Of a stretch of DNA of 35,596 bases, positions 21,734 through 33,910 are shown in pieces. A program made the position numbers and the translations under genes. Under the pieces are notes generated by a model. The model was not told where the DNA came from and did not search any database. It saw only the letters and a list, made by a program, of their open reading frames with translations. Within the stretch, counting starts at the first letter, position 1. Each line of letters begins with the position of its first letter. The stretch is from Octopus bimaculoides. Lineage: Eukaryota. Location: NCBI RefSeq assembly GCF_001194135.2, contig NC_069000.1:15178234-15213829 (forward strand), given 5' to 3'.

Positions 21734-22618
21734 ACACCACCCACANNNNNNNNNNNNNNNNNNNNNNNNNNNNNNNNNNNNNNNNNNNNNNNNNNNNNNN
21801 NNNNNNNNNNNNNNNNNNNNNNNNNNNNNNNNNNNNNNNNNNNNNNNNNNNNNNNNNNNNNNNNNNNNNNNNNNNNNNNNNNNNNNNNNNNNNNNNNNNN
21901 NNNNNNNNNNNNNNNNNNNNNNNNNNNNNNNNNNNNNNNNNNNNNNNNNNNNNNNNNNNNNNNNNNNNNNNNNNNNNNNNNNNNNNNNNNNNNNNNNNNN
22001 NNNNNNNNNNNNNNNNNNNNNNNNNNNNNNNNNNNNNNNNNNNNNNNNNNNNNNNNNNNNNNNNNNNNNNNNNNNNNNNNNNNNNNNNNNNNNNNNNNNN
22101 NNNNNNNNNNNNNNNNNNNNNNNNNNNNNNNNNNNNNNNNNNNNNNNNNNNNNNNNNNNNNNNNNNNNNNNNNNNNNNNNNNNNNNNNNNNNNNNNNNNN
22201 NNNNNNNNNNNNNNNNNNNNNNNNNNNNNNNNNNNNNNNNNNNNNNNNNNNNNNNNNNNNNNNNNNNNNNNNNNNNNNNNNNNNNNNNNNNNNNNNNNNN
22301 NNNNNNNNNNNNNNNNNNNNNNNNNNNNNNNNNNNNNNNNNNNNNNNNNNNNNNNNNNNNNNNNNNNNNNNNNNNNNNNNNNNNNNNNNNNNNNNNNNNN
22401 NNNNNNNNNNNNNNNNNNNNNNNNNNNNNNNNNNNNNNNNNNNNNNNNNNNNNNNNNNNNNNNNNNNNNNNNNNNNNNNNNNNNNNNNNNNNNNNNNNNN
22501 NNNNNNNNNNNNNNNNNNNNNNNNNNNNNNNNNNNNNNNNNNNNNNNNNNNNNNNNNNNNNNNNNNNNNNNNNNNNNNNNNNNNNNNNNNNNNNNNNNNN
22601 NNNNNNNNNNNNNNNNNN

Positions 22619-22669
<51 letters not shown>

Positions 22670-22889
22670 ACATGTTCGCATAGATTTGTACTTGCAGAAT
22701 CTTTGTATCTTAGCCGAGTGCTACACAGCTTTGCATAAAGAACTTACGCAGGCAAAGCCACCGTTTTGATTCCAGTTTTACCCTGCTCACATTCAATAAA
22801 AAATCATCTACAAACTTTCTTTAAATGTTTGCATAATTCCATCGCGAAGGCAGCCGGATTGTGCAGCATTCCATCCCTTCGATACCCTT

Positions 22890-23443
22890 TAAACGGAGCT
22901 CTCCACAGATAGTTCATATCCACGCTAAACAATTCAGACCTTTTTTTTTACGTTGTTGTTCTTGTTACAGTTATCCACAATAACCCCTTCTTGTTCTATC
23001 TTTCTAACTCTTCAGGACGGAAATCCCCTAAATGTCTCTTGTTTCCTTAAGCGTAACAGCTACGCTTTTTTGCTTTGTTCGGTTAATCTCGTTGCTTTCT
23101 TTCTTTGTACCTACGACAAAGCACAGCCCCTAAATAATCCTGTTGTTTTCGAGAACAGTAAGGACTCGTATGTAAATCCATACTTATCCGTCCCGGTCAC
23201 ATATGAATATTTGCACTTACCATCTGGTCATAATGCGCTTAAAATGTGACCACAAGCCAAGGCTCACTATCCCTGCCAATATCTTTGCCTGTCAATGTCT
23301 TTGTGTTGGCCCATATATTGCAGTACAATCTTATGAGTACATGTTGATCTCACTCTCTTTGTCGGATATCTTGTCTCATAATCAGTCTTGAAAACCAGGT
23401 GAATACAACTGTATTTCTTACGGCGGTTTGTTACCAGCACTCT
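22890..23443 (-). pseudogene. Heavily decayed SGNH/GDSL esterase domain typical of CR1/L2-clade LINE ORF1
   Basis: My reconstruction across several frameshifts gives motifs in the expected order: RVLV..., C(x)PGFKTD, IVL(H)(I)G(A)N-DI, GRDSE, RII(x)GAVLCRR, NEINR, EQEGVIVDN, ELFSVD(G)(I)(H)LSVE(G)S. Bracketed residues are inferred repairs. Confidence 0.5.
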
Positions 23444-24755
23444 GGTCCACACATTGGCCAAGGCCTCTTTCATTAAGTCTTTTAAGGGTATACAGACAGA
23501 AAGCATCCTCTGTTCTTTTAAGGGTATACAGACAGAAGCAGGCTATTCTTCTCCTAACTCGCTCTTGGAGACAGATTCCTCAAGAAAGAAGCCACAGTAT
23601 TTTGTGATAAACCACTACCACATTTTTGTTTCCGGAATGAACTTCGACAATGCCCACAACTTTACTATTGAAAACAGTGTCCACAAAACTTGCTTCCATT
23701 TACAAAATCCTCACTCGAAAAAGATATTAATTATTTCGTGAATACAGTCGTTGTTATTGCTAAGCAATTCGCTAAATCGATCCTCAATGTTATTGTTGAC
23801 AGGAAAGTCATAATGATGTCCCTTTTAAATTGTATCTTTTGCTATTGCAAAGCTTTTGTGTCCATTTTACTATAAAACAGCAGCCAAATGTATCTTAGAT
23901 GACTTCATGCCGTCCTAAAAATAACAAAGCAACTACATTTCATAATGATTCTGAGACGGAAATAACAAAGGAGTCTCTTCGTAGTCAAACAGCCAGGCAG
24001 AAATAGCAGTCGAGTCTTTCTCAAATCATACAGTGGTATCTTAAAAAAAAAAAACGAAGAGTGACACGTTGGATAGAGTGATCCTGCGATGCCTGCACAA
24101 AGGGAAAAAATGGGATAGTCACGACTGGAATGGGTTTAGTCATAGGTCTACGTAATCAAGTCTCATTCGGTGCCTAAACAACAAGCAACAAAAAAAATGG
24201 TACTTATTTTCCATTGATTCCTTCATATCACCACCACCACCACCACCACCACTACCACCACAGGTGCCGCCGTCGCCGCCACCACACACCAATACCACCT
24301 CCGACTACCCACCACTACCACCACCACCACCACCATCAACGCCACCACCCGACCACGGAGCATGATGAATGATGTCTACCCCGTTTCTACTTGGTGGGTA
24401 ATAGTGACGTAACTAAATACCCCTACGGGTATCCTTAGCCCAACCCATTACCGTTTGTGTCACATCACTGCTAGAAAAAAAAAAGGAAGACAAGAAACTA
24501 GGGAAAAGGGAACATAAACCCGTATTTACACACTCATATCTACACAAACATGCAGACATACATGCACACACATACACTTATACACTTAAGAACGCATATA
24601 TATATAAAAAGACACTGTAAACTTAGAAAAGTACACACTCATTCATACACATACACCCACACGCGTGCTCACATACACACACATACACATTATAAACGAG
24701 GGGAACAAATGTATACACGCAGACACACCAGTAATCATGCATATACATACACACA

Positions 24756-24905
24756 AGCCAGGCTGTGTGGTAAGAAGCTTGCTTCCTAACCACATGGTTG
24801 GGGGTTCAGTCCCACTGCGTAGAACCCTGGACCAATCTCTTCTACTATAGTCTCTGGCCAACAGCCTTGTGAGCGGACTTGGCTGATGGAAACTGAAAGA
24901 AGCCT
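24756..24905 (+). mobile_element. SINE family A, 5' half running into (TA)n and a gap
   Basis: GGCTGTGTGGTAAGAAGCTTGCTTCCTAACCACATGG...GGTTCAGTCCCACTGCG...GGAAACTGAAAGAAGCC. Confidence 0.88.
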
Positions 24906-25692
24906 ATATATATATATATATATATATATATANNNNNNNNNNNNNNNNNNNNNNNNNNNNNNNNNNNNNNNNNNNNNNNNNNNNNNNNNNNNNNNNNNNN
25001 NNNNNNNNNNNNNNNNNNNNNNNNNNNNNNNNNNNNNNNNNNNNNNNNNNNNNNNNNNNNNNNNNNNNNNNNNNNNNNNNNNNNNNNNNNNNNNNNNNNN
25101 NNNNNNNNNNNNNNNNNNNNNNNNNNNNNNNNNNNNNNNNNNNNNNNNNNNNNNNNNNNNNNNNNNNNNNNNNNNNNNNNNNNNNNNNNNNNNNNNNNNN
25201 NNNNNNNNNNNNNTATATATATATATATATATTATATATATATATTGTAGCTGCTATTAAGTTAGACATGGCCTGGGCCATTCTTTGGTCGAAGCATATA
25301 TGTTTTATATATATGTATGTGTGTGTGTGTATATGTGTGAATGTGTGTATATATATACATGCATACATAAGCGCGCGCGCGCGCGTGCATGAGCGTTACC
25401 GCGTGCGCTTCTATTTAACATATATTGTATAGATAAATATAATTGAGAGTTTTTTGGGGAACATAAGCAGTTAATGAGTGCAAAAAGGGTGTGATTAGTG
25501 TTAAAGATAATGAAACAAATAAACTAGAAATGAAAGCAGATCAAGGTAGAGAATGTACATAAACAACGAAAAACAGGTCTATATTTGGCAAAACGGGCAG
25601 CTATAAATAACACAAGGAAATTCTGCGGTTTATTATTACTATTATTATCCTTGTTATTCTGAAATACTGTCGGATGGTTCTTAATTACTAGA

Positions 25693-25693
<1 letters not shown>

Positions 25694-25780
<87 letters not shown>
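25694..25780. repeat. (ATT)n-(GTT)n compound microsatellite
   Basis: Read directly from the sequence. Confidence 0.95.
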
Positions 25781-26766
25781 AAGATGGGTGTGGTGATGGT
25801 GATGGTTGCCGTTCTCATTGTCTTGCAAGGATTTTGGTTTTGTTTTATTGCTCTGTTTTTTTTTTTTGTTTTCGGGTTTCATTTTTAACATTGCTCTGGT
25901 ATTTGGAATTTCTGGGGTGCATAACTGTGCTTGACGCAGAAACACACACGTATATTTTTATGTATATATATATATATATATTTATATGTATGTATGTATG
26001 TATATGCATGTGTGTGTGTGTGTATAAATATCTATATATATACATACGTATATATATANNNNNNNNNNNNNNNNNNNNNNNNNNNNNNNNNNNNNNNNNN
26101 NNNNNNNNNNNNNNNNNNNNNNNNNNNNNNNNNNNNNNNNNNNNNNNNNNNNNNNNNNNNNNNNNNNNNNNNNNNNNNNNNNNNNNNNNNNNNNNNNNNN
26201 NNNNNNNNNNNNNNNNNNNNNNNNNNNNNNNNNNNNNNNNNNNNNNNNNNNNNNNNNNNNNNNNNNNNNNNNNNNNNNNNNNNNNNNNNNNNNNNNNNNN
26301 NNNNNNNNNNNNNNNNNNNNNNNNNNNNNNNNNNNNNNNNNNNNNNNNNNNNNNNNNNNNNNNNNNNNNNNNNNNNNNNNNNNNNNNNNNNNNNNNNNNN
26401 NNNNNNNNNNNNNNNNNNNNNNNNNNNNNNNNNNNNNNNNNNNNNNNNNNNNNNNNNNNNNNNNNNNNNNNNNNNNNNNNNNNNNNNNNNNNNNNNNNNN
26501 NNNNNNNNNNNNNNNNNNNNNNNNNNNNNNNNNNNNNNNNNNNNNNNNNNNNNNNNNNNNNNNNNNNNNNNNNNNNNNNNNNNNNNNNNNNNNNNNNNNN
26601 NNNNNNNNNNNNNNNNNNNNNNNNNNNNNNNNNNNNNNNNNNNNNNNNNNNNNNNNNNNNNNNNNNNNNNNNNNNNNNNNNNTATATATATATATATATA
26701 TATATGAATATTATATATATTAATATTTACATATATCTGTATATAAGTGTGTATATATATTTATTC

Positions 26767-26808
<42 letters not shown>

Positions 26809-27186
26809 GACATATATACATACATAATATATACATACATAATATATACATACATACATACACATGATAAGAAGGAGCGATGGTTGAATGTCTCATTAAA
26901 ATGTAAGCATAACAGACCCGACATAGTGAGTTGGGACAGAGAAGTGAAACTGTACAGTTGTAGAAATTTGCTGCCCAGCAGATGTTAACATAAAGCTAGA
27001 AGTCTGTGAAAAAGAAAATGTGTACGCTGAACTATTGAGAAATCTAAGATTAGCATTATGCCTGTAATTCTGGGATAGGTAACACACTGCCTAAGTACCA
27101 AGCCTTCATTAGAACTATCAAAATTGGTAAAACTTCCATTAAGTTTATCATTTAAGTATATATACACATGTCTTGACATGCAATTA

Positions 27187-27740
27187 CAGGGTGGTGCAGA
27201 GAGGACGGACGATTTTGAAATGGCTACTACTCAGCCCAAGTGGCAGGGACATGTGTCCGACAGGTGCCATTCGGTCCGTAGATGTTAGCATTCTTTTTTC
27301 TTATCAAGTGAAGCCATGGCACTGTGGACGATAGAGCATCGCGTGTTTGCCTACGACAGTTACGTGAAAAATAACGGGTCTGTCACAGCAGTTCAGCGTG
27401 AGTTTCGGCGCCACTTCAGCATTCGCCGAAATCAGGCTGTTCTCACTCGTAACACAATCTTACGTTTGGTGAATGCACTTCGTACACAATGTACACTAAT
27501 GAATAGAAGACCGGTGGGGGTTCCACGAACGGTATGGAGCCCAGAAAATGTGGAAAGCGTCAGACAAACTTTCAGAAATGCATCAATAGAAACGGAGACC
27601 ACGTGATGGATGTTGTTTTCCACACTTGATTTTGACAAATGCTAATGCAATACTCATTGATGTCAATAAAATCTGGTTGCAGCTAAAATTAATGATTTTA
27701 TGAATTTTTCAAAAACATCCGTCCTCTCTGTCCCACCCTG
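27187..27740 (+). mobile_element. Internally deleted Tc1/mariner-superfamily element (maT/rosa-like), 554 bp
   Basis: TA at 27185-86 and 27741-42. The 34-bp TIRs are CAGGGTGGTGCAGAGAGGACGGACGATTTTGAAA and CAGGGTGGGACAGAGAGGACGGATGTTTTTGAAA (30/34). Confidence 0.92.
27316..27606 (+). CDS. Truncated transposase ORF (96 aa): DUF4817-like helix-turn-helix domain, catalytic domain deleted
   Basis: MALWTIEHRVFAYDSYVKNNGSVTAVQREFRRHF...RNTILRLVNALR...RRPVGVPRTVWSPENVESVRQ. At about 27566 it joins out of frame to the transposase C-terminus NFQKCINRNGDHVMDVVFHT* (27567-27629). Expression is unknown. Confidence 0.65.
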   Translation: MALWTIEHRVFAYDSYVKNNGSVTAVQREFRRHFSIRRNQAVLTRNTILRLVNALRTQCTLMNRRPVGVPRTVWSPENVESVRQTFRNASIETETT

Positions 27741-29386
27741 TATATACACGAGAATAAACACATAAAACAAACATACAAATATGCGCGTGCACCGACAACA
27801 AATATTGCACATATACACAGATACATGCAAAAATACCCTGTTGTTGATTTTGAAATTCAATGAAGGGGGTCTTGGATCTAGGTTGGAAACCGGCTCCTTC
27901 TCTACTGGCAACAAATTTTGAAATAAAATTGAATAATGTTGCACACATACATAATACATACACACATACATACATACATACATGCATACATACATACTTA
28001 CATACATACATACAAACATACATACATACATACATACATACTTACATACATACATACACACATACANNNNNNNNNNNNNNNNNNNNNNNNNNNNNNNNNN
28101 NNNNNNNNNNNNNNNNNNNNNNNNNNNNNNNNNNNNNNNNNNNNNNNNNNNNNNNNNNNNNNNNNNNNNNNNNNNNNNNNNNNNNNNNNNNNNNNNNNNN
28201 NNNNNNNNNNNNNNNNNNNNNNNNNNNNNNNNNNNNNNNNNNNNNNNNNNNNNNNNNNNNNNNNNNNNNNNNNNNNNNNNNNNNNNNNNNNNNNNNNNNN
28301 NNNNNNNNNNNNNNNNNNNNNNNNNNNNNNNNNNNNNNNNNNNNNNNNNNNNNNNNNNNNNNNNNNNNNNNNNNNNNNNNNNNNNNNNNNNNNNNNNNNN
28401 NNNNNNNNNNNNNNNNNNNNNNNNNNNNNNNNNNNNNNNNNNNNNNNNNNNNNNNNNNNNNNNNNNNNNNNNNNNNNNNNNNNNNNNNNNNNNNNNNNNN
28501 NNNNNNNNNNNNNNNNNNNNNNNNNNNNNNNNNNNNNNNNNNNNNNNNNNNNNNNNNNNNNNNNNNNNNNNNNNNNNNNNNNNNNNNNNNNNNNNNNNNN
28601 NNNNNNNNNNNNNNNNNNNNNNNNNNNNNNNNNNNNNNNNNNNNNNNNNNNNNNNNNNNNNNNNNNNNNNNNNNNNNNNNNNNNNNNNNNNNNNNNNNNN
28701 NNNNNNNNNNNNNNNNNNNNNNNNNNNNNNNNNNNNNNNNNNNNNNNNNNNNNNNNNNNNNNNNNTATATATATATATATATATATATACGTATATGTAT
28801 GTACGTATGTATACATACACACATATATATATACATGTAATTATGTGTATGTATGTATATATATATATGTATGTGTGTATGTATGTATGTATGTATGTAT
28901 GTATATATATATACATACATAAACACAGAAGCGCAAATAAACAACTGAGATGGTGGGTAGTTGGCCGCACGTGACACCCAGGTGGCAGATTAGTTTCGGG
29001 TGCAGGGAATGTTTCAGAAATGTTTTAGGGTGGAAAACATTCGATATATCATCGACCCCACACTGATTCCTTACTTTGGTGTGTTTGCATATGCGGGTAT
29101 GTATGTATGTACATATGTATGTGCGTATGTATGTATGTATGTATGTATGTATGTATGTATGTATGTGTGCATGTATATATGTATGTATGCATGTATGTAT
29201 GTATGTATGATTGGATGCATGTATGTTTATATGCATATATGTACGTACGTATATATGTATGTATGTATGTATTGTGTATGTGTGTATGTGTGTATGTATG
29301 TATGCATACAAATATGTACGTGTGTAATATGTATATGTGTATATGAGTGTATGAGTGTGTGTATATGTGTGTGTGTTTAGGAATAC

Positions 29387-29417
<31 letters not shown>

Positions 29418-30091
29418 CAGTCAAATCTCTCACTGTGTACACAAACACACATATATGTGTGTACAGGTTCGCACAATCACTCATAGATGTACGCATATGT
29501 GTGTGTGTGTATCTAGATAAACATAGACACACATATGTATGTAAGTAGACATGGTCATATTTTTGTGTGCAAATGTGTGTGTGTATGTGTGTGTGTGTAT
29601 GTGCGTGTGTGTACATGTGCGTGTTTGTATGTGTGTCTATGTCATCGGACTGTTTAGAGAACCAGCATGTTTGCATAAATACATATGTGTGCCTTTCTGT
29701 TATTTTTATGTATTTTGATATATTTATACTCAGAACCGTTTCTTTAAACAGTTAAACTCCACACACACACACACACACACACCAACACACACACACACGC
29801 CTGAGAAATATTAATTTTGTCGAACACTATCCTTATCTACCTGTTCGACAACATAGTTTTTTTTTTTTGGTTGGCTACATGTTTCCAAATACTTTCGCAA
29901 TGCATATTCAGCGTTGATACATAACTGAATAATGTATTCATGCCTAAGTCGAAGACTTAAGAAACTTAACCGCTTTTCGTATCTTGCTCCTTGACTGATT
30001 AACTTCGACTCTAGTTCCGGATAATGATAACATCACGTTGGACTTCGTTTTAAAGAGCAAACCTGTTGTTAGAAATACGCTTCGTGCTCCG

Positions 30092-30137
<46 letters not shown>

Positions 30138-30379
30138 CGCGTGTGTGTGTGAGTTTGTGCACGTATGTGTGTGTGTTCGTGTGTATGTATGTGTGTGTGT
30201 ATACATATATAAACATATATAAATATACATATGTGTCTTTATATACAAATATTTATATTTATTTATGTATATGTGTAAAAACAATAATGAATTCATAGTT
30301 CACAACTTAGTATTTGGGAATAATTTTTAACGTGAGTCATGCCTTTTTTCCTGTCATATTTTTAGATAAACATAAATTT

Positions 30380-30850
30380 TGCAAGCGGTCCTCGGGATTT
30401 TCTGGAAGTCACGCCTAACGGAAAATTTCTTAGAAACTCTTTTACTTGTGCGGTCTGCGTAATGATGAATCATGTCTAATGCTGCTCGCTTCTTGATAAA
30501 GGTTGCTTATGTCCAACTTAGACGTTCATCAAGTAACAAAATGTTCATTAGAAATCGTATACCTTCAAGGCGGCGAGCTGGCAGAAACGTTAGCACGCCG
30601 AGCGAAATGCTTTGCGATATATCGTCTGCCGTTACGTTATATCGTCCGCAGACGTCGACTTTGCCTTTCATCCTTTCGGGGTCGATAAATTAAGTACCAG
30701 TTACCCACTGGGGTTTGATATAATCGACTTAATCCGTTTGTCTGTCCTTGTTTGTCCCCTCTATGTTTAGCCCCTTGTGGGCAATAAAGAAATAAGAAAT
30801 CGTATACCTTACTTTTCAAATTATCCCAAACCAGTCTGAATGAATTATTT
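30380..30850 (-). mobile_element. Possible decayed Tc1/mariner transposase C-terminal remnant, split by the SINE
   Basis: Removing the SINE and one TSD gives minus-strand ...VWDNLKSKVY..., resembling the xWGYLKSKVY motif. Little else is recognisable. Confidence 0.3.
30566..30794 (+). mobile_element. SINE family B, apparently full length, with 16-bp target-site duplication
   Basis: AGAAATCGTATACCTT at 30550-30565 and 30795-30810. The head is GGCGGCGAGCTGGCAGAAACGTTAGCACG and the body GTCGACTTTGCCTTTCATCCTTTCGGGGTCGATAAATTAAGTACCAG. Confidence 0.92.
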
Positions 30851-31941
30851 AATCCATTTTGTGTTATGCGAATTAAGCTGACCGGTCTAGCGGAGTCCTG
30901 GCGTGGACACGGTATAAATAAGTATAAGTTGATAATCGTTCCGTAGACAGAACATAGATCTTTTTGTTTTCTAATGAGGAATTAAGTAGACTAGAAAGTA
31001 GTATGAGCCATTCCACTTTTTCTGCTCCTGCAGACACGAAGCTTGTGATGTAATCACTTGGCTTACTTTTCATAGTGAGGTTGACATTGTATATTCTATC
31101 CTTTACTGACTTTAGCCATCGGCTGGGCCTATGCTGGAGCACTGCACAAACACACACACAAACACACACACATTAACGTATAATCGCCGTTCTCTTTCCT
31201 GGTTTCTGCATTCATGAGTCATCATGCAGCCATTGTCTTACATATCGCCCTCCTTACCTAAAGGGCCTTATGAAAATCCATGCATTCGTCATAAACATTT
31301 CGACGTGTACAGGAGTGGGGTTTGCCAAATGTATGGCTCTCTTATTCACACACCTGTAGTGTATATATGTATATATATCTGTTGGTTATTTATTTTTTCT
31401 ATTTCGGCCTCTTGCTGAGCGAGCATGTGAAGTCATAATATGCAGCCTTTGCGCTTTTGTCTCACTGAAACATTATTTTAAAGCTAGTGCACTACCCACC
31501 ACTGTGCAGCTTTTGTGCTCGACATTGTCATATTTATGGTGGTGGCGGCGGTGGGAGCAGTTAATGCGTTACTTCGTGTTTCATATGGTGGTGGCGGAGG
31601 TTGCGTCTGATGCAGTTTCTTGTTTTTTTTTTTTTTGGTGGTGTAAGTTGTAATAGTAGTTTTAATAATGGTAGTGGGAATTTGGTTATAATGTAGGCGA
31701 TGTTGCTGCTGCTTCTCTCAAATACCGTGCCTGTTACAGTTAAATACATTTCAGATGTATTGGTGAGGGTGGTGGCGGTGGTAGTTGGGGTGGTGTAGTG
31801 GCTGTTACGTGTTGTAGGACATGTTGCTGTTTTTGTTGTTGCTATTATGACCAGATTTGACGATAGTGGCGGCGTTTGCGTTCCTATTGTAAATTTATTT
31901 CGAACCAAAGGAAGGAAATAATAATTCTTCCTAATTCTGAC

Positions 31942-32080
31942 GGGTATTGTATTTTATCGACGCCCGAAAAGATGAAAAGCATAGTTGATCCCCGGCGAGA
32001 CTTGAACATAAAGCGCCAGAATTAAGTTGCCAAGCATTTTGACCGACGCGCTAACGATTCTGCTAGTTCACCGTCCCTTA
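31942..32080 (-). mobile_element. SINE family B, diverged 5' part
   Basis: TTTTATCGACGCCCGAAAAGATGAAAAGCATAGTTGA...GCGCTAACGATTCTGCTAGTTCACCGTCCCTTA matches the reverse complement of the family B head and body. Confidence 0.75.
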
Positions 32081-32225
32081 GAGGGAGGGAACAGTAAACC
32101 TTTCTGCTATAGGCACAAGGCCCGAAATTTTCAAGGTGCTTGAGACTGAGGGTACAAGGCTCGTCTCAAACGGAACACCGGTCCGTCTCAGGGTTAACTG
32201 CAAATACCACTCGTAGCTATTTTCG

Positions 32226-32325
32226 GCCTTGCTCAAGGACAAAATACGCTACCAGACTTGAGAACAGAACCCGCGACCTAACGTTCATGAAACCAACACT
32301 CCAACCACTAAGCCACGCACCTTCA
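32226..32325 (-). mobile_element. SINE family C, 5' head fragment
   Basis: CCTTGCTCAAGGACA...CAACCACTAAGCCACGCACCTTCA resembles 21410-21508. Confidence 0.75.
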
Positions 32326-32385
32326 AGCATTGCGAAAAATGCAACGATGGAGAAGGAAAGAATGGAGGGTGAACACCAATTCATG

Positions 32386-32560
32386 ATATGCTTAGCGGTA
32401 TTTCGCCCGTCGCTACGTTCCGAGTTCATATTCCGCCGAGGTTGACTTTACCTTTCATCCTTTCGGGGTCGATTAAATAAGTACCAGTTACACACTGGGT
32501 CGATGTAACCTACTTAATCTCCTACCCCTAAGTTGCCCTTGTGGCAAAATTTGAAACTAT
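32386..32560 (+). mobile_element. SINE family B, 5'-truncated
   Basis: TGCTTAGCGGTATTTCGCCCGTCGCTACGTTCCGAGTTCATATTCCGCCGAGGTTGACTTTACCTTTCATCC...CCTTGTGGCAAAATTTGAAAC, then (TAT)n. Confidence 0.88.
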
Positions 32561-33618
32561 TATTATTATCATTATAATTAAATCAAGTCGACTTCTCTTG
32601 ACATCAAAACCATCAACCAACCATTGTGAACAAAATAAAATGTCAGTCAAGTACCGGATGAGCATGAGAAATAAAATCAACAGTTCCCTGCACCAAATTA
32701 TGCGTCCTTGTGCTCATTAGAAACAATTCTTATTACATCAGCACAAAAAAAAAGTGAAATAATCATTATTGTAACGCAACAGTAAAAAAGTATGATCCAT
32801 TAACAAGAAATATAAAACCGGTCATAAACTATATAAAACTACATTATATTCATATTTTAACAGTATATGAATCAAAGGTATGTTTTGTTTAAAGAAATAA
32901 TTACGTAAATGAAGAGAAACGCCCATTCACTCTGTTTCCCACAATTTGGCTACACCCATCTCTCATACAACCAGCCACGCCTCGCTAACTATAGAGTGCT
33001 GTTTTGTTCTGTGAATAAGCAAACTCATATGTGTGTGTATGTGTTTATATATATATATATATATNNNNNNNNNNNNNNNNNNNNNNNNNNNNNNNNNNNN
33101 NNNNNNNNNNNNNNNNNNNNNNNNNNNNNNNNNNNNNNNNNNNNNNNNNNNNNNNNNNNNNNNNNNNNNNNNNNNNNNNNNNNNNNNNNNNNNNNNNNNN
33201 NNNNNNNNNNNNNNNNNNNNNNNNNNNNNNNNNNNNNNNNNNNNNNNNNNNNNNNNNNNNNNNNNNNNNNNNNNNNNNNNNNNNNNNNNNNNNNNNNNNN
33301 NNNNNNNNNNNNNNNNNNNNNNNNNNNNNNNNNNNNNNNNNNNNNNNNNNNNNNNNNNNNNNNNNNNNNNNNNNNNNNNNNNNNNNNNNNNNNNNNNNNN
33401 NNNNNNNNNNNNNNNNNNNNNNNNNNNNNNNNNNNNNNNNNNNNNNNNNNNNNNNNNNNNNNNNNNNNNNNNNNNNNNNNNNNNNNNNNNNNNNNNNNNN
33501 NNNNNNNNNNNNNNNNNNNNNNNNNNNNNNNNNNNNNNNNNNNNNNNNNNNNNNNNNNNNNNNNNNNNNNNNNNNNNNNNNNNNNNNNNNNNNNNNATAT
33601 ATATATATATATATATAT

Positions 33619-33910
33619 AGGTGCAGGAGTGGCTGTGTAGTAAGAAGCTTGCTTTCCAGCCACTTGGTTCCAGGTTCAGTCCTACCGCGTGGCACCTTGG
33701 GCAAGTGTTTCCTACTATAGCCTCGAGCCGACCAAAGCAGCCTTGTGAGTGGATTTAGTAGACGGAAACTGAAAGAAGCTCGTCGTATATATATATTTAT
33801 GTATTTGTGTGTCTGTGTTTGTCCTCCCACCATCGTTTGACACCGACGTTGGTCTGTTTACGTCCCTGTAACGTAGCAGTTGGGCAAAAGAGACACATAA
33901 AATAAGTATA
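33619..33910 (+). mobile_element. SINE family A, 3'-truncated
   Basis: AGGTGCAGGAGTGGCTGTGTAGTAAG...GGCACCTTGGGCAAGTG..., an internal microsatellite, then TTTACGTCCCTGTAACGTAGCAGTTGGGCAAAAGAGAC. Confidence 0.9.

Larger units (their letters stand above)
26866..27936 (+). mobile_element. 3' end of an RLE-clade non-LTR retrotransposon (R2/R4-Dong/NeSL group), decayed and interrupted by a DNA transposon
   Basis: WLNVSLKCKHNRPDIVSWDREVKL, then after a frameshift at about 26953 TVVEICCPADVNIKLEVCEKENVYAELLRNL...LG*VTHCLST...TIKIGKTSIKFII* (stop 27153-55). This is the PD-(D/E)xK-type restriction-like endonuclease signature. The presumed 3' UTR resumes after 27742 and ends AAATAAAATTGAATAAT. Confidence 0.8.

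Noticed and set aside
23009-23015. CUGAAGA on the minus strand (also at about 14655, 16692 and 20878)
   Set aside because: There is no stem II followed by GAAAC-GUH in register; these are chance matches or parts of other repeats.
23880-24190. Probable additional interspersed repeat with internal sub-repeats
   Set aside because: It is too decayed to define boundaries or class from this window alone.
24361-24480. ATGATGA C-box-like motif (also at 9302)
   Set aside because: No D box (CTGA) or terminal stem lies at snoRNA distance.
30873-31169. 98-aa minus-strand ORF with non-repetitive sequence
   Set aside because: It starts in a (TG)n tract and a SINE tail fragment, has no recognisable motif and no convincing splice pair.
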